Positions 54,030 through 64,000 of a DNA stretch of 64,000 bases are shown piece by piece. Every line of letters begins with the position of its first letter. The first letter of the stretch is position 1. The notes under the pieces are model-generated. The model worked only from the letters and a program-made list of their open reading frames with translations. It was not told the origin of the DNA and searched no databases. The position numbers were made by a program, and so were the translations under genes. The stretch is from Mobula hypostoma (Eukaryota), in assembly GCF_963921235.1 (NCBI RefSeq), contig NC_086108.1, forward strand, positions 79,548,001 to 79,612,000. The letters are read 5' to 3'.

Positions 54030-54067
54030 TAGTTCTGACGAAGGGTCTCGGCCTGAAACGTCGACTG
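54030..54067 (+). ncRNA. Minimal type I hammerhead ribozyme motif in the PLE 3' region
   Basis: TAGTT-CTGACGA-AGGGTCTCGGCCT-GAAAC-GTC^GACTG: core CUGANGA and GAAA, stem II hairpin, GUC triplet (predicted cut after 54062), stem I AGTT/GACT, stem III reduced to palindromic ACGT. Confidence 0.8.
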
Positions 54068-55167
54068 CACCTCTTCCTACAGATGCTGCCTGGCCTGCTG
54101 CGTTCACCAGCAACTTTGATGTGTGTTGCCTGCAGAATGGAGGTCATTCTGTCAGCATCTCCTAAACTGGTGATCTCTATTGCTAAATAGACTGGATGGA
54201 TGGAAATGCTGCCAGCGTACGGTCCCCTCCAAGTTACGAACCTGAGTAAGAAGTTCACTGCTGTTCCTTTATCATCACTGGGTTAAACTAATGAAACACG
54301 CCACCCGTAATGAGAAGACTGCAGTAATTCAAGCTGGTCATCAAGTGCCGCCTCCTTACCAGCAATGGCTATAGTCCATAAGTAAATGAAAATCATGTGA
54401 GGTTCCAACCAGCAGACTTTTTATAGTCACCCATATACTTCTTTTAGTTTATTAGTTAACGTGATGTTACTGATTAACTGTGGAATCTGTATCAGTATTG
54501 GTAATATGGGTAAGGATGATAAAGGAGTCTGTAAGTACGCCAAGACAAAGCTGTGTGCAAACTGCACAATTACCATGCAAATAAACAAGTTTCTAGCAGT
54601 GTAATTATTTGTAGTTTGTTTGAAAATACAGCACCCCTCTACAAATAGTTTAGTTTATAATCACAGAAGTTAAAGAAAGTTTTGTTCAAAGTAAATTAAT
54701 TATCCAAGTACATACTTGCCACCATATGCACCCCGGAGAATCATTTTCTTACGCGCATTCACAATAGAGACATGATAGCATGAATGAAAAACAGCACACA
54801 ACAAGATGGACAAACAACCCCATGTGCAAAACACAAACTGTGCAAGTACAAAAAAAATAATAAATAAACAATAAATATTGGGAACATGAGATGAATTGTC
54901 CTTGAAAGTGAGTCCATAGCTTGAGGGAACAGTTCAGTGTTAGGGTGAGTGAAGTTATCCCTTCTGGATCAAGAGCCTGATTAGGGGAATAACTGTTCCT
55001 GAACTTGGTGGTGTGAGTCCACGTGGTATATTAAAACTTTCAATCCCAGATCTTACTGTAAGGACATTGTTTATTGAATATAGAATTGTGGTGAGATATT
55101 GCCCATGCTTAATTCATAAAACCAATGGAAAGTGTATGGATTTTTTAACATACCATAATAAACATGA

Positions 55168-55551
<384 letters not shown>

Positions 55552-56451
55552 TAGTCATATATTTGTAAGAAAAGGACTTGCCACTGTTACACTTGGGAAA
55601 ATATTCTAGAGAATGCAGTGAATTAGAACACCACTCCGTCAGTTCCAAAAGCGGTAACTTGAGCAGCAAGGCTGGATTCATACGCTATGGTCTGCTTTTG
55701 TTACTCTCAAAGGTCAGCGAGAAATAGTGCAAAGCCTTCCTTTCTTTGAGCTCATAAGTTAACTACCTGCTCCAGGAGTTTGAATTACTTTGATAGCTGT
55801 TGATCTACAGCTAGGTGACCAAGTTAGCTTAACTTCCAGATTTTTTCACTGTTATTGGATTGACTTTTGACTTCCCCTGAACCACTGAGAAAACATTCTA
55901 TTCCATTATATCCGTAACACAGTAATTTCATAAACCAGCCACGCTAAATTATTTCAGGGTGTGCTGGTAAGTACAAAAGTGCATTTATTTCTGATATACA
56001 ATTGAATTAAAGACAGGGATTTTAAAAACTTGTACCTCCAGCAAGAAAATATTCTATTCTATAGTGCTTCATCCAGTTGTCATCAGCGGAAGGCCTATAA
56101 AACTTCTGGATTAGTGATTATTTCCATCAAAGTTATCAAAGATTAGTGGAAATTCAGTCCTTCAGTTTTGTGGTTTGCAGCAATTACTTGTGAGGAAAAA
56201 TAAGAAACATGAGTAGCAGGAAGCTTGAGGATATCTTCATTTCATATTTATATCAATGATTCTTGACAAGGAAGACAGCTCTTTAGTTTCAAGGAAAAGC
56301 AATACTCAATTGAAAAAAAAAGCTGCAGCATCTGTAAGGAACAAATTGAAAAATACTGAAGTCTTCTACATAAACTTTCATACAATGTAATATATTTATG
56401 TAAAAATTCATGAGGATTTTTCTCTTTCAACCAAACTGATGACAATTCTGA

Positions 56452-56835
<384 letters not shown>

Positions 56836-57870
56836 TGATGTCCTGCAGGAATGTGAGTCAGCTATTGAGTACAATGGAAAGCATAGAGACAGGTGTATGT
56901 GGTGCAAGAAAAATCCAATTTCTTTTCTTACAGTAAAAGTGGCAAAATTAGAGCAATTCTAATGCACCATCTGAGAAATGGTTACATTGTGCTTAAATCA
57001 GAAGAAGTGAAAGGATGCCTGCTATTTTGTTGTTTTATCTAGGGAACACTCAGTTCCTAGGCATCTGCTGAGCTGAATCTGTAACCTCTTTATTTATCCT
57101 CATGTTCCCTGAAGCACTCTACTTGGCACGCTGCCAAAAGATGTAACACAATGGACAAGTATCATACTGGACGTAGGAGGGAACGATGCCATCTCAGATA
57201 CTTTTTGTGACAGAATAGAACCTACTTTCTAGATTTTAGTTTGCACCTAGAACCCTTGTGCATATTATGGTCTGTGCGATGAGGTAGCGATAAAAGTAAA
57301 GCCAGATACATGAGGTGTTTCTTTTTCATTTCAATGATGGCCGTAAGACATAGGAGCAGAATTAGGCCATTCATCTCTGCCATTTCATCACGGCTGATTT
57401 ATTAGCTCTCTCAAGCCCAGTCTTCTGCTTTCTCCTCATAGCCTTTGGCACCCTCACTAATCAAGAACCTATCAACCTCCGCTTTAAATGACTTGGCCTC
57501 CACAGCTTGCCTGTAGCATTAAGACTCACAGGTTCAACACCCCCTGACAAGGACAACTCCACTTGGAGAAGCAGTCAAAATATATTGCGCTAAAGTCAGA
57601 GTATTCAGTAGGGTTCTTGGTTAAAGTTTGATAGGGTAGCATCTTCACAGAAAACTCTCCACTCCTACAAACTGAGTTCTACCTGGGAACTGTCCAAATT
57701 GAAGGGAATATACTCTGTGTTTTCCCCCCCAACTTGATCTCTGTGGAGTGGGAAAATGAGTCTGTGTTTTGTGATCATGACTGCAATAATTATTTTCTGT
57801 ACATAGGAATTTGGAAAGAAAAACCATGAAGCAATGGAGATATAGCAGTTTAAAATGAACCATTCACTGA

Positions 57871-58146
<276 letters not shown>

Positions 58147-59884
58147 TAGTCGGTGCAAACAAGAAGGAACTTTGATGTTCATGCTACTTAATCTTTTCGA
58201 TGAAATGGTGATGTGAAAGCATGGTGTCTATGGTTTGCCATTCAATAAATTTCAGTTAGCCAGTGGTACACTAGGGTTGTAAGGGAGCAAGTCCTTTGGC
58301 TGTGCTGCTTGCTGCTTGGGAAGAACAAAAATTAAAAGTAGCGGTTAGCACGGCGCAATTACAGCATGGGGCATTCCGGAGTTTGGAGTTAAATTCTGAT
58401 GCCATTCTGTAAGGAGTGTCTGTACATCCTCCCTGTGGAATACGTGGGTTTTCTCCAGGTCCTCAGGTTTCCTCCTACAGTCCAATGATTAGGTTCGGGT
58501 TAATCAGGTCTGCCAGCGGTTGCTGGGGCAGTGTGGCTTGTGGGGCTGGAAAAGCCTACTCCACGCCGTAATGGCTAAATAAAATAACTGCTTTTCTGAG
58601 AGAGGGGAGTCATTCTGCTGAGCTTAATCTGAGCATGCAAAATCCCATGCCAGCTTTGCAGCAAAATGTTGCTGATGTATCTTTAAAATATTTTCCAAAA
58701 ATTCTAATTGGGATATGAAATCTGCAATTTTCTAGACCACAATGCTTGTTTATTCATACTGTAAGTGTGATTTGTATTTTCAAAAAATCTTCATGTATTG
58801 TCCTGAAGAAAGATCTTGGGCCGAGAAATCAAGTATTTACTCTTTTCAGTAGATACTGCCTGGCCTACTGAGTTCCTCCAGCATTTTTGTTGCTTAGGAT
58901 TTCCAGCATCTGCAGATTTTCTTCTGTTCATATATTTAAAGATGTTTTTCTTTAATTGTGCTTTATTGATATATTGTATGCTCAATATGGTAAGTATAAT
59001 ATTTTGTATATTATTAAAATCCTTCCTGATTTAATAAAATATGCAGAACTACAGTTCAAATCATGTCACGTTTTCTGGATTAAAGAGAATTCCCTAGGTC
59101 TTGCTTTATAGGGAGTTAGTCGTGGGTAGAAATGACCTTTTATTGATTCTGCTTTATCGGACAACTGCGTTGCTGCTGGTAGATGAGAGACATCTGAATG
59201 GTGCACCAAGTAGGAGAGGCTCTTGTTCATAAGTTCATACATAACGCACAGGATGATTGTATGAACGTCCAGTCTTCTGTACAACAGGACTGAAATATGA
59301 TGGTACTAACATGTTAGATTGTTAAAATAAAATCAAATTTCAGCAGTCTAAAGGCACTCAGTGTTTATTGTCCTCAGAGTTATAGACACAAGAGATTCTT
59401 GTAGATGCTGGAAATCTGGGATAAGGCAGACAAAATGCTGGAGGAACTCAGCAGTTCAGGCAGCACCCATGGAAAGGAATAAAGAGTCGATGTTTCAGAC
59501 CTAGATCCTTCATTAAGACGCTGTCCTCATTACTAATTGCGTTAACGTTCCATAGTGTTCTCAGTGCACTGAGATTCACTGTAATACATGTTCACTAGTT
59601 GCCATTTTAAGTGCAGATATATTTGCCCATACATATCATTAATAACCACAGTGCATTCTAACTATTTAAAAATGAATTAATGGGGACATATATTACTGAT
59701 TTTGTAAGTAGTGATTATTTAAATTCATTCTTAGCATTCATAGGATTTATTCTAGATTTTTCCCTATCCACCCTGCCTTTGACTTTGCGACTACATAGAT
59801 AACCTTCAAGTATTAACAATTTTTATTCTAATACTAAGTTCTGTAAGGTAGAATGGCTTGCTGAAAATAAGGGAAAAGACTTCA

Positions 59885-60130
59885 AAGATATGAAATAAAA
59901 ATGGAAGATGCTGGAAGCTCTCAGCAGGTTAGGCAACATTAGTGGAAAGAGAAACAAGGTTATTATTTCAAGTCCAAGACCCTCTAACTGAGGAAAAGAA
60001 AAGAGGTTTAAGTATATCTCAGTTATCTCCCTTTCTCAGTTCAGATGAAGGGTCTCTTATTTGGAACGTTAAATGTTTCTCTCTCCACAGATGCTGCCTG
60101 ATCTGCTGAGTGTTTCCAGAATTCGCTTAC
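59885..60130. mobile_element. Old PLE-tail hairpin element
   Basis: ctcagcaggttaggcaacattagtggaaagagaaaca versus tgtttctctctccacagatgctgcctgatctgctgag. Decayed core cagatgaagggtc...ggaacgtt. Confidence 0.65.
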
Positions 60131-61186
60131 TCTCAGATTTATCTATTTCTGTCCCCACTGGTGACGTATTACCCGGTATCCACCCCTTTCTGTCCTCGGA
60201 AAATAGGCAGGTGACCTAAGGCACTTTGTCCCATGATGAAGTTTTTCAGATGCCAAACTGTTAGCACATACTATAGAAACCAGGCTGATTACAAAAATAA
60301 AATCGGGGGAAAGTAAAAGAGGAACAAAGGAAGAGCATAACAACAAGAGAATACAACATATTCTATAGCCGTATGAATAGGGGAAGAACATAGCCAATAT
60401 ATTAAATGAGGTTTACTTCATTCTTCAACAAGGAAGAAAATGCAGGTGGAGTCTCAGCAAAGGGAGGTTCTGGATGGGCTAGAAATTGATGCAGCACAGA
60501 GACCAAAAAGGCAAGCTGCATTTAAAGTGGATAAATGCCATGGAATTGTTCCCAGGTGGCTGAGGAAATTGCGGAGGCCACGGCCATAATCATCCTTGCA
60601 TCTATAGGTTCAGGTGATGTACTTGAGTGCTTGAAAGTGCAAGAGTTACACCCTTGTTCAGAAAGGCTGAACAAGGGATAAAGCCAATAATTACGGACTT
60701 CAAGTAGTTATGGACAGGCTGGTGGATGAATAGCTGGCAGGTGTGTTAATGTTAATGAAAGGGAAATGCAGGAAGAATGGGAAGAGGCAATATAAAGTAG
60801 GTGACAAAATAGTAAAAGATGTACAAGGGCCAAGAAATACTGACGCAACTTGAGGCGCAGGGTAAAAGAGTGCATTTGTTATTGGAAGTCCCAAAAGGAT
60901 TTTTTTTTTGACATGAAGTGGTTAAGGTCTGGAATACACTGTCAGGAGTAATAGTGGTTGCAATTTCATTCGTAGTTTTCAAAAGGAAGCTGGATAACTA
61001 TGTGAAAGGAACAAATTTCCTGGGGTTGGGGGGAGGTGGGGAGGCTGTATTTATTCTAACATAAAGCCGATGCTAACTGGGCAGACTGAATGGCGTCCTT
61101 CTGTATGGCATCCATTCTTTGACTCTGTGAACTGAACAGTAGTGGCATGACGTGGCAGCCAACAGCATCTAAGTAACTTATTCTGA

Positions 61187-61414
<228 letters not shown>

Positions 61415-62609
61415 TAGCAAGAGCAAATCTCAGGGAGGCAAGGAGAGTAAATACACGAGCCAAGGCAAAGCATTGCTAGAGATCTGAAACACACTATTTG
61501 GCTTAAGTCAGCCTATTGAAAGATGGAGAACTTGAAATGATCATGAATGGAGTAGGAAAATAAAGAACAGCTGCAGTTGTAGGCCAAATGACCCCCTGAG
61601 CCTGATCCACCAATCAAAACTGATATGGTCAATCTGATTTTTGACCTTAAATCCACTTTTCTGCTCAATCCCTATAATCCTTGATTATATTGTAGTCCAA
61701 TTATGTATTAATTTAAGTTTTGAATATACTAAATTATTTTGCATCCACTGTTTCTGGGGTAAAGAATTCCAAAGGTTTGCAACCCTTTTGAGAAAATAAA
61801 TTTTAAAACCATACATAGGAGCAGAATTGTGTCATTTAGCCCATTGAGTCTGCTCCGCCATTCAGTCTTGGCTGACTTGTTATCTCACTCAGCCCTATTC
61901 TCCTGCCTTTTCCCATAACCACTGGCATTTTTACTAATCAAGAACCTATCGTCCTCTGCATTAACTATTTCCAGTGACTTGACCTCCACAGTCTGTGGCA
62001 ATGAATTCCACAGATTCACCACCCTCTGGCTAAAGAAATTTCACCTCATTTCATGATCTAAATGACACCCTTGATTACTGAGCCTGTGCCCTCTGGTCCT
62101 AGAACCCCACTCCATAGGAAACGGCCCTCTCCCCATCTGCTCTATTTAGGCCTTTCAATATTCAATATGCAAATTTTGAAATGTCATCCACACCACACGT
62201 TTGATGTTTCTGTTCCCAAGGTTTTACCTAATCTGTGAGAACCTCCTGAATTATTGGGTCATGGACAACCAACAGTTGTCAACAAGTGACTGCTAGTAAT
62301 GCTTTGTTCATGAAATAAGAGCATGAGAAATCTGTTGATCAGAGCTTCTCTTTCCCCTTCCTTACCCTGCTTTGCCCCCTGATTTAGAGTGGACTTTTGT
62401 CATTTACTCTGTCATGGTGAACCTAAAAACAAAGTACTCCCTGCCAACACTTCTTCCACACACCCTTCTTCATTTGTTCAGAAGGAGCAACCGTAGTGAA
62501 AATGGAAATAGTGCTTTTTCCAGGGCCACACTGAAGTATCGCAGACACAGTGCTGTCATCTTAGACCATATGCTGAGAATGATTGTGGCTTAAAGCAGAG
62601 ACATAATGA

Positions 62610-62732
<123 letters not shown>

Positions 62733-62889
62733 TAACATAATCATTGTACTAAACTTTGCAAAGTTTACAGTCAAAATTTTTATCAGTTCACAGTTCATCA
62801 TTTATTTTATCTCAAGGGAAGAGAACTGTGGGATTGCAAGTTATATCTTATGCTATTTTTTCCATTTTAATATATTTGATGGTAACTGC

Positions 62890-63709
62890 ATTATAATTAC
62901 TGAACCATGGCTGAAAGGAGATTATAGCTGGGAGCCTAATGTCCAAGGATACACTTTGTATTTGAAGAACAGGCAGGAAGGCAGAGAGGGCTGCATTGCT
63001 TTGTTGGTAAAAAACTGAAATCAAATCATTGGAAAGAGGTGACATAGGGTTGGAAGGTGTTGAATCATTGTGGATAGAGCTAACGAACTGCAAGGGTGAA
63101 ATGGTCCAGATGGGAGTTGTATACAGACTCCCGAACAGTAGTCATGTGGGACTTCAATATGCAGGTATTCTGGGAAAATCAGGTTGGTGCTGGATTACAG
63201 GAGGGGGAAATTCTGGAGTGCCTACGAGATGGCTTTTTAGAGCAGCTTGTGGTTGAACCCACTAGGGGATCAGCTATTCTGGATTGAGTGTTGGGCGATG
63301 AACCAGAATTGATGAGAGAGCTCAAGGTAAAAGAACCCTTAGGGGCAAGTGATCATCATATGATCAAATTCGCCCTGAAACTTGAGAAGAAGAAGCTAAA
63401 GTCAGATGTATCAGTATACTGTGAAGTAAATGGAATTACAGAGGCATGAGGGAGGAGTTGGCCAGAATTGTTTGGAAAAGAACACTGGCAGAGATGATGG
63501 CACAACAGCAATGGCAGAAATTTCTGGAAGCTTTTCGGAAGGCACAGGATATATACATCCCAAAGAGAAAGAAGTATTCTAAGGGAAAGATGACACAACT
63601 GTAGCTAACAAGAGAAGTCAAAGCCAACATAAAAGTCAAGGAGAGAGCATATAATAGAGCAAAAATTAGTGGGAAGTTAGAGGATTGGGTAGATTTTAAA
63701 AACCAAAAG
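62890..63709 (+). mobile_element. CR1 endonuclease-region remnant, cut by an opposite-strand CR1 3' end at ~63710
   Basis: ITEPWL, VESLWIEL, GVVYRLPN, FLEQLVVEPTRGSAILD. Confidence 0.75.
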
Positions 63710-64000
63710 AAACATAGAAACATAGAAAACCTACAGCACAATACAGGCCCTTCGGCCCACAATGCTGTACAAGACATGTACTTACTTTAGAAATTACCTA
63801 GGGTTACCCATAGCCCTCTATGTTTCTAAGCTCCATGTACCTATCCAGGAGCCTCTTAAAAAGATCCTATTGTATCCGCCTCCACCACAGTCGCCAGCAG
63901 CCCATTCCACGAATTCACCATTCTCTGCATAAAAAACTTACCCCAGACATCCCCTCTGTACTTGTTTCCAAGCGCCTTAAAACTGTGCCCTCTCGTGTTA

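Larger units (their letters stand above)
50839..54128 (+). mobile_element. Penelope-like retroelement (Neptune-type), 5'-truncated, with an inverted copy of its 3' end at the left and a 13-bp TSD
   Basis: 50839-~51693 is the reverse complement of ~53308-54128 plus ~30 nt of extra tail. The direct repeat cctgcagaatgga lies at 50826-50838 and 54129-54141. The interior encodes RT + GIY-YIG. Confidence 0.93.

Overview
Eukaryotic (vertebrate) genomic DNA. The repeat complement (CR1, Rex1/Babar, V-domain SINEs, Penelope-like elements) suggests a cartilaginous fish; this is inferred, not shown. The window lies inside one + strand host gene, ZSWIM5. Eleven internal coding exons with GT-AG boundaries and consistent phases join into a stop-free 1743-nt frame: join(1488..1636,5936..6086,27908..28087,45738..45914,46022..46168,49504..49641,55271..55531,56462..56597,57987..58144,61197..61360,62646..62727). 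The start and stop codons lie outside the window. The introns are full of transposons: a near full-length CR1 LINE with an esterase ORF1, many CR1 and Rex1/Babar fragments, a long-TIR Tc1 element with both TIRs interrupted, a non-autonomous hAT-like element and tRNA-derived SINEs. The most notable system is a Penelope-like (Neptune-type) retroelement family. One near-intact RT + GIY-YIG copy has ~820-bp inverted ends and a 13-bp TSD, and its 3' region carries a minimal type I hammerhead ribozyme motif. About eight 'tail-out' hairpin insertions of related sequence (140 bp to 3.3 kb) and over a dozen hammerhead-like motifs are scattered through the introns. Repeat boundaries are by-eye estimates unless a TSD or TIR is quoted.
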